DNA from: Laetmonice hystrix
Taxonomy: Eukaryota
Direction of reading: 5' to 3'
DNA length: 64,000 nucleotides
NCBI GenBank assembly: GCA_965235115.1
Contig: OZ249438.1
Coordinates: 27,838,001 to 27,902,000 of the forward strand
The position numbers and the translations under genes were made by a program. The notes under the pieces were generated by a model that worked only from the letters and a program-made list of their open reading frames with translations, searched no databases and was not told where the DNA came from. Shown in pieces: positions 1-15,100 of the stretch (the stretch's first letter is position 1; every line of letters starts with the position of its first letter).

Positions 1-182
1 TGTCCTGGAGGGTGGCCTTGACCTCAGAGTCCTGTTTGACCTTGGCAGAAGCATCTGAGAGCCAGCGCTGGAACTGTTGAAAGCTGTCATCATAGGAGGA
101 CCACTGGAGGAGGCGGACCTCCAACTTACGCTGACTGTCAGACAAAGTATCTCCTAACATCTCCCACTTCTCACGTAGTAAC
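1..182 (-). CDS. SYNE1: SYNE1-like rod exon (runs off window)
   Basis: TTACAG acceptor, phase 2; (R)LLREKWEMLGDTLSDSQRKLEVRLLQWSSYDDSFQQFQRWL. Confidence 0.9.
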
Positions 183-3100
183 CTGTAAGTATGGAAACAT
201 TTTTAACATCTGTCTTACATCATCACCTCTACTATATTTCATTCCAAATATCTTGAAATTAAAACTGGTAGAAAATCAATCATATGGGTCGCAGAATAGC
301 GCAGCTAGCCTTGCATACCTGAGTTCCTGTCGTATGATTTCTCGACCCTCAGCAGTTGTGCTTGGATAGAGGCATTCCCCTGCCTCTATGGTCTGGTGGA
401 CCTGTGGCGCCCCCTGTTCTTTCTCCATCAACAACTCCTGCAAATACAAGGAAATTTATATTTTCAAAACTAAAATGGTTGGGATATTGTCCAAAAATTG
501 AAATAACACTCAAACTACCATTGAATTGCGATGATTGTAGGGATACAGACCTGAATGTGAGCCTGTCTATCCTCGACAACCTGTTTGTCTCCCGTCATGT
601 CAGCGCAGGCAGCCACTTTCTTGGACAGGTCATTGAGCCATCTCACACAGTTATCATAGGATGTCTTGTACTGCTGGTGCTCGCCTACCTGTCCCTCCCA
701 CTTCTCAATCACATCCTGGAGGTTCAAACAAAATTACTTAATCCTAACTTGTCCATGTACAAAGGCCTCAGACATCTACTGTCATGTCCAAATTCTAACA
801 TAGGTCTCCTTGCTCCCATATCAAGTACCAAAGATTTACTCAAAGTAAACACAGATCTCTCAGTGTTCTTAGAACTCCTGTCATGTCAACTAACACCAAC
901 TAACACCTTTCTTGCCAAATGTTCTTTATGATTTTGAATTTAGTGAATGTATTTTGGGCATACATGTATAAGCCTAGTGTGGATTCTACCCATTAGTGTC
1001 ATTGATGCAGATGGATTAATTTAAGAGAAATAAAGAAAGAAAAGGAGTCCTGACCTTGATGGCCTGTTTGAGGGCCTGGTAGCGGGTATTGAGTTGTGCC
1101 GTTTGTGTCACCATCTTTGATTCGCCCAGTTGAAGATGATGCGCTTTCACATTGACGGCTTCAAACAGAGGCTGTTTGGCTGCGATATCCTGCTGCTCGG
1201 CCTGCAACCAAAACAATATAAACCATGGCTATGTGGTACAGGTGTTGTCAACAATCTCAATATATTCACCTACATCAACGCGTACAGGACGGAATTGATA
1301 ACAAAAATTAGCACATGACAAAAAAAAGTGAAAACCTGTACTTTAATTGTGTTTTTTTTTAAGCAAAATTTAAAGATCTTCTATGAGTTCGATATATTTC
1401 ACTGCTTAGGTACTGGTATACATTCAAGACCTGGTTATCAGCATTCTCCACGCTGGGCATATAGTATGAAGTTGATATTCCTAAAAATCTGGTAATATAG
1501 TGCCAGCCTCTGACAAGCGATCAAACTCTATGGTTTCAACCAAACAGATCCACTACACTCATCTCGGAAACAAGACACTTGGAACAGTGTCCTCTCAATG
1601 GGCAATCTATGGAGATTAGCCTTTGTAGGCTATGAACAGGATGAGCACATGATGGTATTGCAAACACACACACTGGATTTCCTACAGGCCTAGGACTATT
1701 AAATGATACATCGGAGGAACTCAGAATAAGTGTGCAAGAGTGTTAGTGGCTGTGTATGGACAGGGCACCTGGAAAGGAGAGAAACTAGAACGCAGATTAA
1801 GGGTAGCAAGCTTAATCTTTACCATTCTATAGTTTATCACCGGTATAATTTATACAGTCTTCTTTGCATCCAATAGGCAATAACTGACATTTTCTATCAT
1901 AGATATAATTTTAAGACCTTTCATAGACTGACCACGCTAAAGCGAGTGCATACAAAAAGGTAAAATGTGCAAATCCGGCAGAAAGGCTAAACTTTGGTTT
2001 TGGGTTCCACAAAAAGAGAGAGAGCCTTAAAAATAATTCTAAATATTCGGTCAAAATGATTCTGGGCACTTAAAGGCTAAGTTCAAGCACTTAGTACGGA
2101 GTCATAGGTCACCAACCCTGAATGACATAACACTGCGCAGGTCGCGCTTTCCTGGCACTGACTCACGACGTGTCGTCAACTCGGACGAGTCAGGGCTGCT
2201 CAGCGCCTCGGTGCGTGCAGTCAGGCCCTGGAACTCAAACTGCTGCAAGCGAGCAGTGTGTTCCAGCGTCTGCACACCAACAGACACAGCAAAGTGCTCA
2301 TCAGTTAACACTTCAACACTGAACCGTCAAACAACAAGAATCAACACCAAACAACAACAATCAAAACCAACCACAAACAGACATAACCACAAACAGCATC
2401 CCAGGGGGATCACAGCATTCAGTCGATTCTTCCTGCAATCTCCCTTCTTTGTGAGATAGCCCAGTGAAGATCACTCCCACATACTGGAATATATTTCCTC
2501 GACTTGTCAGCCGTCTGTGCATGGGAACCCTCTGACCCCCATCCAATGGTGTGAAATATATCTCTTCTACTTTTGTTTTAGTTTATTATATTTTGAGGTG
2601 CTAATACGCCACCACCCCATGCACTGTTAGAAATCATGATCCTCTCCTCATACGCCATGTACTCGGTATTAATGACAAGTCCATTCATTGCTAAATATTA
2701 CCAAACTCCAACACTACATAACAAAAATCAACCAGCTTTCACACACATGACGGCAGCATTTTTATAGACTAGATAACAATAATAGGGTTTAGTTACACGA
2801 ATTCAGAACATATAATCATTAGGCATTCTCTGTGAATCAAAATACCATCACTGACCTTGAACTTTTCCAGCTGAGCCTGTTTGTCCTCCAAGGTCGATTT
2901 GAGTTCATAATCCTTGACCTTGGCATCCATATCCTTGAGCCAGCGGTGAAGGTCATCGTACGTGGCATCGTGTTCCTCCCACAAGGTAAGCACACTGCGC
3001 AGAGCTAATGTGATTTCTGTCAGACGACTTCCATACTTGTCCCAGTCATACTGCAGGGCATCAAGTTCTCGTCGGATCTGCTGCTGACCGGACTGACCAG

Positions 3101-6100
3101 TTTCTGTGATTGTCGTCTCGGCTTGGGTACGTACTGCAGCAATACGCGACTCTCCCTCCTCCTGTGTGGGGAGGAGCTCCTGAAATCACACACTTCCATC
3201 ATCAAACAGTAGAAAAGATAATGCTCATTCTACTTTACCCTTCTCATGTATTATTATGCAACTTGAATTTCCTCCTCATGTGTATAAAGTATGAGGCAAG
3301 TCTAATGAGATCAAGTTTCCACAGAGAACCAAGGTTTTATGGAAGTAAATTTTCTCTAACAGATTTAAGACATACAGAACGTTAGTTGAGGGGGGGGGGT
3401 ACACTCTGCTGTACGACTTATATCTAATGTTCACCTCTAGTTTGTCCAGCTTGTTCTGAATGCTGTGTTTGTCACCAGATGGCTCTGCGCACACATCGAG
3501 TTTGTCTGACTGTGCAGTGAGCCAATCACGAGCCTGCTGGTAGGTGTCGCTGTAGTCCTGGTGGTGAGTGACGTACGTCTCACAGCGCTTCACGTGATCC
3601 TGCAGATAGGGCAGGAGTAGTGAAACACGGTGAACAATTTATGTACACGGGGACTGAGAGAAATTATCACTTTGATTTGTTGCTGTATTTGACACATGGA
3701 CACTTAGAACACATGGAGGCGAGTGTGATAGGAATGTATATGGGATGATCTAAAACTTGCTGAATTAAGAACATAACGAGCACTTTTTGACATGAGCCAC
3801 CATTCCCAATATAAATCAGACACGTCACCATCTGATGACGTCATACCTTGACCGTGTTGCAAGTGTTTCTGTAGCGTTCATGTAACTGGCTGAGGCGGGA
3901 TGCTTCTTTCTCTGTCACCAGATGGCGCCCTTTGTCCTCCACACTCTCAACAATGCTCTGATGAGAGGCTATTTCCTGGTTTAGAGTCTGTGAGAGCAAA
4001 CACAATAATGGCTGTCACAAGAGACGTTCCTGTCACGGGAATGTGGCAAAGAAATAGAGATATAATGAAGTTCAATAATGAATATCTCTCATTATGCAAC
4101 TTCTGATTGCAAACAATATTATATATTAAGACATGTGTATCAAACACTTCATGTTAACCATATAAAGAACTGGTGAGTTCATGGTTAATACAGTAAAAAT
4201 ATCATTATCAGAAAACAGCAGACCACCAGACAGAAGGTTGGCTCATCAAACCCAGTTAATAAACTCTCATGATCTAGTGGACGATATGATGTAAACAATT
4301 AACGTCAACTCAATCCTGCTGGCTGAGTGTCAATCCAGTTACTGCAGCAGTCCGGCCACTAGGGTTAGTGATGTGCAGTTGGGTTAGTTTACAGCCAGGC
4401 CTTAGCTCTTACTACCAATGGCCAAGCAATTATAGGTCAGTTTATTTACTCTGCTCTGAAGAGACCATATTCTATCACAAGGTTAACTCTTATCTTTAAA
4501 TATAGGATGCCAAAATGAAGCGTATTAACAAAGTTCTGTAATCTTTACAACTCGCTCCAACAGCTGAGATTAATGCAAACCTACTGAGATGTTAGCTAGC
4601 GACTGGTAGCTCGACTTATGGTAACCTAGCCACCAAACAGTGAAGACCATTCGTAAAGCTATCCCCAAAAGCACACAAAAAACCCTGAGTGAGAAAACAG
4701 GTTAGAAGCATAGTCATATATAAGGCAAATTGCAGGGTTAGATATTTAAGTAGCTGTCACCCAAGATAGCATCTGTTGGAGAAACCACTACAGCAACAGA
4801 ACAACTTAAATATACCCTGTAATTTTGCAGCATGGTTTTCTTCTCTGCGAGTGTGTTCTTGAGCTCAATGTCTGTCTTCAGATTCTGCTCCACTTCACGG
4901 ATCCATGAGGCGAGCGACGTAAAGCTCTCATCATAGGACGTCCACTGTGCCAGCGCCACCTCCAGGCGGCGTTGGCAATCACTCAGGCCATCACAGTAGT
5001 TTTCCCATGATTCCCGGAGGTTGCGCAGTTCTTGCCGTATGACCTCGCGACCTTCCGTAGAGGTGGTTGGGTAGAGCCTCTCTCCAGACTCCACTGCTTG
5101 ATTGAACTTGACCTGACCTTGGTCTTTCTGGGTCTGTAGGTCCTGCAGACAACAAGCAATGTGATCCATGTGATTAGTCATCTACTCTCATGTATTTACC
5201 TTGTAAATCCTCCCTCTGTAACCACAACTTTCTGGATGAACCCATGGACATTAACATCTCCACTCTACCAGTTCCAACTCTGCCCTGTCCAAACTAGTGC
5301 CATTTGAAGACGTAAAGAAGATCTGTGTCCCTTACCATGAGTTTTTCCAACCATCCTTTGGAAGACTAGCAACCAGACATAAAGAAAAACCTGCGTGCTT
5401 TACCTTAAGATTCTCCAGCCGCCCCTGAAGTATATCTTTATCGCCACTCGTATCTGTGTCAGCTTGAAGAGTGTTCATAGCTGTATCCAGCCAATCACAG
5501 CACGCCTTATGGGCAGTCAGGTAAAGCTCATGATTCTCAACGCTCTCTTGTTGATGCTCCAGGCATCCCTAAACAAATATACAAAACCAACATTCCATTA
5601 GTGTAATAGAAGAATTAATGCGATTTGAAACGAGAGGTTCTATATGTGTACTTGGCATACAGTGGAATCCAGTGTTCCTTCTCACCTGTACTGTGCCGGC
5701 CAGGTTTGTAAACCTATTGCTGAGCTGCTGGGCGTAAGTATTCGTCCTACTGTCTGAAGTACTCTGAGATATTTCAGACGCCTCAGTGACAATCTTCTCC
5801 ATGACAGGTTGGTGGTTGTCCACATCCTCCTGGATAGTCTGAGGACAAAAAAAACTAAACTCACAGCAACACCAGCCACAGAAGGTCATACTTTTCTGGC
5901 CTTCCACCAACAAAATGGGTCTCTAAAATCATTACTAACATATAACTTTCTAGTCTACAATTTCTCGTTGTCTTAAATTATTTTCTACAGACCCTTAAGT
6001 GTGATAAAAAAAGGACTTTGTTCTAAATCAGCAATGTCTATAAAATGTCTGCAATAGGAGATGGATTTTACAACCTCCCCAAACAATACCTTGAAGTTGC

Positions 6101-9100
6101 GGAGCTGGTCGATTTTAGCAGGAAGGTCAGGTTTTAGTCCTGACTCATTCCTGACCTTGACTTCAGTGTCCTTGACCCAGGTTACCATGGCGTCATAACC
6201 CTGGTCGTAACCCTGCCACTGCACCATACAGGACTCGAGCTTCGTCCTAGATCAAACAGGCAGAGGATATCAGACAGGAGAACAGGGCAGACAATAACAC
6301 AGTATGTGATAACAATGTTTATACTATACAATCTCTGTTTTAAAGCAGTGGGTCCATCCCCTTCCCTCCTTATCCTCACGTTTGATGTTCATCAACTCTT
6401 GAAATCCCAAATTATCTGCATGGTATCTACATGCATTATGGATTTACAAGTAGGTCTGTTAAAATAAACATGATAAATTGATTTTTGTGTTGTTCTTACT
6501 TTGCCTGCATCAGTCTGTCCACAAAGGTTTTCCAGTCGTCTGATATCTGAGCCTTCTTCTGTTCAAGTACTGATTTCTTGGTCTGTGGTACGGCCGCCTT
6601 CAACAGGTCCCATTTCTGGGCCGCCACTGACACCTTCTCCTCACCAGAGGGCACGGCTGCCGCCAGTTCTGTCACTGTCGCCAGTTTGGCCTCGATGGCG
6701 TACTTATCTCCGGAAACATCCGAGCACCAGGCCACCTTCTCCTGGGCCGTCGTCTGCCACCGGACGTGGTCAGCCTGGATTTCTTCAGCATGCTGCTCCA
6801 AGGCATGCCACAGAACTTCCTCCACCTACACATACAACAAACAACCAACCTCTACTTAACTTCACCTGTGTACATTTGGAAATATCAGAGGAAAATATTT
6901 TAAAGAAGACTTTCTCCAGCCTGGAATATTTCAATGTACAATGTCCTACTGTTTATGTTTTGAGAGTTATACCTTTGTGGCCTTGTTGGTAGCAGCCGTG
7001 TATTTCTTCTTGAGCACATTGGCGTCCTTACTAAGTGCGGTGGTGTCAGCCGTGTGGTACGCTCCATCCAGGGCAGCAAGCCTATACTCCACGTCCTCCA
7101 GGCGACCTTGGTGGTCCTCCAGCTGACTGTGCAACAACTGCCGCCACAAAACACTACTATAAAACTCCCTCTCCATTCAACAAAAACACTTTTAATCTGT
7201 TAAACGTTAAGATGTAAGCATGCAAACAGGACATTAATGCATCTATAATTTTAACCACTGTGACAGTTTTAATGAAAGCTATTTCCTTACAAACCATAAC
7301 ATGTACTGCCGCTCACCTTTGCCGTTTCGAACCGTTCAACCAGTTGCTCGTCTGTGCCGGTGACGTCATCAATCTCAGCCAGTTTCTCACGGACCTGACT
7401 GACCAAGTTTGTCTGTTCCTCTATCTCCCTGTCAATGGCGTCACGCTGGCTCTGCAATGGTACCAATGTACTACAGCACGGATACAATGTAACATTCAAC
7501 CCATCGTTAGCTGATAATTGACCAGCAACTACTGGCTCAAATTGTTAAATAATTCCTTATTTCTTTATTAACCAGGGACATAATCTGGCAGAATTCACAC
7601 ATGAATATTGTCATCTATGTAATGAGATATTAGCGCATACCTTGAAGTCCATTAGCTTTGTGTCCAGGTCCTCAGCCATGTCTGCTGCCCGGACAAACTT
7701 TTCCTCCAGGGTGGCACAGACCTCTTGTAGGGCAGGTATGGGGCCTGAACTCAGGTCCTCCAGGCTGGCCAGACGACGACCCATGGCGTCAAACACCTCC
7801 TCCGAGGATGGCAGCTCACTCTGTATTCAGACAGACAGTATAAGATCAAACTGGTATAAATTAATTACTTGTAGTAGGAATACACTGTGCTAATGGCTTG
7901 CCTTTCGGATATAAAACAATGACCCAGGAGGGCACTGACACTTGCGTCCAGCCATTCACATACAAGACCCTCTTACAGCACTAGTATTTGGACACTATCC
8001 GTCAGCCCCTCATACCAAACCCCTCACCTTGTACTTCTGTAGGGTGTTTTCAACTGCTACTGCATCCGAGAAGTTGTTGTGGTGCTCGGTGAGACGGGCA
8101 AGGATGGCATCTAACCAGGAGGACACCTCTTCCCGACCACTCTCCACCTGGTCCCAGAATATCACCTCCTCCTCCAGGAGTTCACGGGTCTCCAGTAGCC
8201 TCTGTAACACACACCATCATTTACCACAATTAAACACACACCATCAGTTACCACAATTAAACACACACCATCAGTTACCACAAATAAACACACTCCATCA
8301 GTTACCACAATTACACAGACATTTTTACAATAGTGATATAATAAGACTGAATGTTTCACACTCCTGAATCGAGTCTTTACTTTGATCAGTCTGTACCCAC
8401 CTTGGTGATATTTTTCCAGTCGTTGTTGACTGTCTGAAGGTCCTCCCTCAGTGGGGTAGTGTCAAACTGGGGGAGTGAGTGTACATCCTGGAGTAGTTGC
8501 TTACCCCGGCTATTCACATAGTCCATCTGTCTCTGCTGGCCTCCTACCTCCAGCTCTGTCGTCTGTGTCAAGATTACAAATATAATCAATCCGCTTGACG
8601 GGGAAAAACACTAGGTCTCAGTTACAGCACTGTGCTGGGCGTTTGTATTACAGAAAGATTATACTATTTCTTTCTTGGAATGAGTTAGATTTCTACTTAT
8701 ATTTTATATACCATATATATCATAGAGAGTCCTGCGAGGCCCACCCACCTTGTATCTATTGAGCATGTGTTTGACCTCAGCCTGGCTGTTGAAGGACAGA
8801 TCTTCTTCAAGCAGTGGCTGAGCACTGACCAGAGCCTGTCTGACGGCAGACTGACTGTCCACGTACTGCTGCCAGAGATTGGTGAAAGCAATGCTAGCCT
8901 GGAGGCGGTCGTTTATCTGGGATTGAACCATCTCCCATTCAGTGTCCACCTCGCTCAGACCATCCTGGACGTGAGCTACACGCGAGCTGTCGGCAGCCAT
9001 CAGCTGTCGCCCCAGCTCTCGCAGCGTGTCAAGCTCACTGCTATGTCCCTCCAACTCCTTCTCTAGGTCTTTGATATCCTTGGTCATGTTCCGGAGTCCC

Positions 9101-12100
9101 ACCAGGGAGGGTTGCTGTGGTCTCTGCTCCTGTACCCGCCTCCCAATGCCCTCCACGGCCACCAGCAGGGTTCCCTTGATCTCCTCAAACTTACCCCACT
9201 TGCGGCTGAGCTCATCGAGCTTCCCCTGTCGTTCATTCACCTGAAGCGCGGCCTTCTCACAGAGAGTCAGGGCTGATTGGATCTCACTATGGAAGTGTAG
9301 GATGCGGCGGCTGGTTCTGTCCTTAATAACCATCTGCGCATCCATCATCAGCTGCTCTAGCTGTTTCCCCCTGTGGTCCCACTCACGGAGTGCCGCCTGT
9401 AATTCGGCCATCTCCTTACTGATTGTGTCGATCTCCGCCTGGGTCAGGTCACGTGATTCCAGTCTCTGTACGAGGCCCCGGGTCCGAGACACACAGCCAC
9501 TGTGTACAACCACAAACTTAGACCACTCCTTACAAAGATCTGTACGTGCCTGCGCCAGCACCTGCACGTTTTCATAGGAGGCAGAGAGTGTCTCCTGGTT
9601 AGAGATCAACTCCTTCTCCTCATCCTCGGGGCAGTGATGACACATGGTTGTCACGTCGGCCATGAGTGCCTCAAACCTGGGCTGTTGGTCACCGGCTTCC
9701 TTCAGGATACCCTGTAACACACCGGGCTCAGAATTAATCACAAACTCGCACTAGTACACTCTTATTAGAAGAGAATAAACTATCTAAGCTCCTGATTTTA
9801 ATTTCAAACTTTCCTCTAGATCGGACAGCTCCTATGTTGACTTCAGCACTGACCAGTGTTTACCTGCTTGCTGGATCAGCAGTAGAACACTTACAAGTTG
9901 GTCCAAATTTTGTTTGTTTCTATGGGTTTTCCGTAAATTTAATGGCCTTGACTTTGATCTGTTAAGAAACGTAGAATGCCCAAGCATGACTACATACCTC
10001 TAGTTTACGTGACGTGTCATTGACCTCGTCAGAGTGGACTTCACGTAGGGTATCATGTTTCTTCTGAACTCCGGTAAGCCACTTCTCAAAGTCGCTCCAC
10101 CGGTCCTGGAACTCTTGTCTCTTGAGGAGAGCCTCCGAGAGCTGGTGAGTACGGGTGAGTACAGCCTCACCAAGCTCAGCCCACTTGTTTGTGACGGTCT
10201 GTTGTTTGGCGTTCACCTCTGTGGCACCAACTGGGCTAACAAATGGCGACACCTGGTGGTGATGTTTCTTTAGAGCTGTTAGCTGTCCGTCTGTACTCCG
10301 CATCTCTTCATGCAGGGCCTGTCAATAGACCAACATCAATCTTTGATAAGATGGAAGGAGCTGTAGGAACCTTGAGGCAATGAAGTTCTACCAGTTTACT
10401 ATAGTACAGAGTAGCAGACTGTTACAGAGTGATGATTATTACAAGATAATGAGATCCTGCCTTACCTTGTAGGTACCAAGTTCCCGGTTGAGGACCTCGG
10501 CGTGTATGGAGTGGAGTTTGGGTTCCTCCTGTAATCTCTCCTCCAGGCGTGCCTCCACCAATTCCACCTCATTAACATCCTCCGTGTATGCCGTCCACGC
10601 CTCCAGCGCTCGCAGCACCACCTGGTTGTGATCATCAGAAGTAGTGGCCATGCGGTCCCACCTCTGCTGGAGCCCTTCCACCTGATTAGCGACCTCTGGA
10701 CGCTCCATCATGTGACTGGCCTCAGCCATCAACTGGTCAACAATGTCCTGGTGCTTCTCTTCCTCTCGTAGGAATCTCTGGTGTTGGTCGTACTGGGCCC
10801 GAGCCTCCTCCAGTGTGGGTGAGCGTCCAGCCTCCTGGGCCAGGTATGTCTCCGCCTCTTCCAGCCATGGGAGGAGAATCTCCAGATAGCTCCTGTAAGC
10901 CTGCCAGTGTGTCACACTCGTACTCAGGGTCGTGCTCTCATCCTTGGCCTGGCCGCACAAACTCTCCCATTGACGTCGGAGAGCAGCTAGCCGGGACTTG
11001 ACTGAGGCCGACTCACGTGAACGGAACCCATGGGCTAGTTCACGGCCTTCCTTCTCCAGCTGCTCCAGGTCACCATGGTTACTTGCTATTTCTGTGCTCA
11101 ACTCCTGAAGGTAACGTAAGAGGTCAAACATGTATCACAAAACGTGGCCTACTGACATTTTGTTTCTGAGTTTGTATGACTAATGTTTGGGTGATGGGTT
11201 GGGGTCTCGAGTATCAAAAAATGGGAGGGGGGTGTGTGTTGTTATAATTCTGATCAAATTCTCACGTGTTGCATTTATGCCAAATTAGCAAACTCAATAA
11301 CAGCCAGAGATAATTAATAAGTGATAAACTAACAGTTGCTTCTTTGAATTGATCTTCAGGCGAGTAGTCCAGTTTCCGTAGAGCGTTCAGACTGGCCTCT
11401 TTCTCGTTCAGCCAATCAGCAAACTGCTCTTGGTGTTGATAAAACTGCTTCCACCGTTCCTCTTGTTCCTCTAGGTTGGAGACTTTGCTTGATGTACGTT
11501 CAGCAACGCTGGCCAAGCGTTCCTTCAATGACTTCATGTCATCTTTCAAATCTTTCTGGCCAGCATCACTGGCCTGCTCACTGAGTTCTCGTCCCAAAGT
11601 TTCTAATCGTTCCATTGTAGTATTCAGACTGTTTAGAGATTCAAGAACCTCCTGAAACACACAGAGTATACAGTTTCAAAAGACAAATCAACCGGAAAAC
11701 CTTTTCAAACATAATTGTGTACCTCATACACACACTAATTTCACTGAACTAAAATACTAGTTCCTGACTTTCATATTTCATGTGACTTACTTTGCCAACA
11801 CTCCAGAGTCTACATTACAGAATTATCTTTAGAAAACCCCTCCTGTATATCTGGGATACCTTTTTAGTTGCGAGTTCGCGCTGGATGGCCTCCTGTCCTC
11901 CAGGTGAGGGTGATCGTGCAGCCTCTGCTCCAGCACGTTTCAGAACATCAAGGACCTTCACCTTACACGCCTCGTACTCCTCCCACCTGGCGAGCGCCCC
12001 CTGGAGGAGGCTATAACGGTGGGCAGCCAAGGTGGCCGTCTCCTTCCAGCGGTCCTCCAGGTTAGACACCGTTGTCTCCAGGAACAGGGGAGCGTGGTCC

Positions 12101-15100
12101 TGCTGGAGGAGGTCGTGACCTTGGGCTAGGTCAGACTGCAGTCCTGGAGCCTCCTGGTCAAGGCGAGCCATCAACCCCTGCAACATGGCATTCACATCAT
12201 GTCAGACTACGAACCAACAGAGTTCCTCTAAAACATACATCTGTATCCGTAACAAAAGTTTGCCATTCGAAGTGTTCAGAATAACAAGCCTAAACCCACC
12301 CCTTGCTCTTCCAGCATGACCTTGACACTCTGAGGGTCATCTAACGTCACGTCCTCCTTCATACGCCGTCCAGCCTCTGCAAGCCACTCGGCCCGTTTCT
12401 CCACCACTTCCCGGTACTCGTACGACTTGACAATGATTGATGATCTTGTGTTTGTTATCTCAACGGCTGGCATCAGTTCTTGGTACCTGAGTAGGGACTC
12501 CTCTAGATGGGACCGTTCACTAGCCGGGTCGATATGAGTGGGACCAGCAGTCAGGATGTCCTCTAACTGTCGTACCAATGACTTGGCTTCATCACGGTGC
12601 TGGTCTATATTTCTGACTACACCCTGTCGACAGTATGCAACATTTTACTATGAAATCAGAATGGGAAGAGACTTGTGGCTGAGCATGAGATCAGTATCAT
12701 ATGAGTATCAATTAACTATATAAACACTGACCTTTCCGATCTATCTGTTAGAAAATGCTTGGCTATAAACGCTACAAAGATTTCTTAGAAGTAAAGAAGA
12801 ATGCAGCTGGATGATATATAAGTCTGATATAAATGGAAGGCTTTGCAAAATGACACTTGAAAGCATCTTGAAAGCAATTTGAGCAAACTGACGCTTAAAT
12901 TATTATTTCTATAAAAGTATAGTCAGATAAAATTGCCCCTGCCATGTTTCTTCTTTCTCTTCATTTATGGTAAAAATGCTATGTGACCAAGTTAAAACGT
13001 CCTAAAATATGGTGCATCAAATACTGGTAAGAATGTGCGAGAATATAGTCTATACATAGGTTGCCAAAAACCTGGACAAAAAGGCTTTACCCGTAGCTAT
13101 CCATGTTGGAAGCAAGAGTTTACAAAAAGATTGCTTGCACATACATAGAAGTGTTATTTCTTTGTTGGCTGCTCAGGTCATACGTATAATGAAAGTAGGA
13201 TTACATACATAGTGCCTTTTAATGATAGAAAACATGGTTAGAAATACTAACCATGCTGTAGATGGCAGATTGCAGTCGGGTTACTCCTATATAACATCCC
13301 ATGTTGGTATCACCACTCATTCTGAGATTCTACTCACCTGGAACTTGGCCAGAGTCTGTTTGTACTCTGTGGAGGAAAGTGTTTCCTTCTTGAGTTTTTC
13401 TACCGTTTCTTCAACCTGATTCATCCAGATTTCAAACTCTTTTAATCTGTAAGAGAAACGCCAGATACTTATTCAACTCCGTCAGATAAGATATAACACT
13501 AATTCTTATGCAATGAAAGACTGACACACGCAGCATTGACCAGTACACAATATTGACAAATTTCATAATGCATCTTTCAATGAACATTAATTATTTAACA
13601 GAAAGTTGAGGATCACTTCAAAAATCATATCTTTATTGGCCCAGGAATATTGTCACAAAGTTTAAAGTGTCTATAAAAATGTTAAATGTCAAAGTGTGAA
13701 AACAATGGTTTACCTCTGATTATAGAGCTGCCACTGTCTTGGAATCTCCTCCAATTGTGTGTGTAGGTGGATCACATCTCGAGTGACGCCCTGCCACCTG
13801 TCGAGGTATGTTGTGTATGCTTCAGTCAATGAACTATCAGTGTTGTACTCCGTCAGCTGCTCACCGAGGTCTCGCATCTGGTCGAGACATGCCTCCGTCG
13901 TCACCACTAGACCCGTGTCATCAAACACCGACTGGTAATAAAACATATCTCGTTAAAATCTTACACGTACACTCTCTCCAGGATTATTAGGATTATTGTA
14001 AAAAGGTTTGCTTTTATTGTAATTTCCAGGCAACCAGCTCAGATGGTATTAATGGATGGATACTCGATAGTTCTGACTACAGTATTGGACACTGACGGCT
14101 ACAGGTGCTGCCCCCTGGAGAGACGCTGGCTCACCTTGTGAAGTGCTAGTACCTCCTGGAGTGATACCTTGTGATCAAGCTGAGCTTTCTCCTGAACAAT
14201 CGTCTGTTCAGCTACCCCAACGTTCTGGAGGAACGTTTCCTCCCGTAACTGGAACTCCAGCTGGAACAGCCGGGCTGGCGCATCCTGGAGAATGGTCTGG
14301 CGACACGCAAGAAAGGAATAAAATTACAACTCTCTACAAAACCTGCCGGAAATAATCCTAGGTCTTCAGGTGCATGTGTCATTTTTGTATCAGCTATAAT
14401 CGGTATAATTTCTTGATGTAACGGTGCATAATTTCAGTACACCCCCAGTCGATATCTTCCCAGACAAATCGTGAACAGCGGACGGACAGGTTTCCAGCAC
14501 ACATTGCCACTGTCAGGCTATCAACACTTACCTCCCAACGCTCCTGGAGACTGCTTACACTTTCCTCCAGGTCAGTACGGTCCTCGCCCTCCAGAACGGT
14601 GGCAAGATCCTCCCCGGCCCGGATAAACTGGTCAAAGATTCTCCTGTCAACATGGCTGAAGAATGCCTGAAACAAAACACACCAAATATACAACTTAACT
14701 TTAGCTTGGCTCTGATAGACTTACTGTTTAAGACATGAGACTATTCTAGCCTGACTTCACACCCTGACCCAACCATCTGATTGGTGATAAAGTGACTGAG
14801 CGTTAGTCCCTCACCTTGTGTGAATCAATCAGTTCTTGTGTGTCCTCACGGTTATCTTTGAGCACTGCGTCACCCTGCTCTGCAAACTCCTCAACAGGTT
14901 CCGCTTTCTTCTGCAGGCTTCGCCACAGACTCAGCACCCGCTCCAGCCGTGACTCCCAGCGCTTAGACTCTCCTGTACAGTCCTACACAAACACAGACAT
15001 TGTACATCTGACTCGAACTCTAACAACTCTCACAGGTTTGGTAATCTTTACAGTCTGTAACTTTCAACTATCCCCCCCCCCCCCCCCCAAATCAGCTATT

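Noticed and set aside
12178-12230. Apparent in-frame TGA or frameshift upstream of MNAMLQG
   Set aside because: The acceptor is TTGCAG at 12178-12180, so the stop is intronic; not a pseudogene lesion
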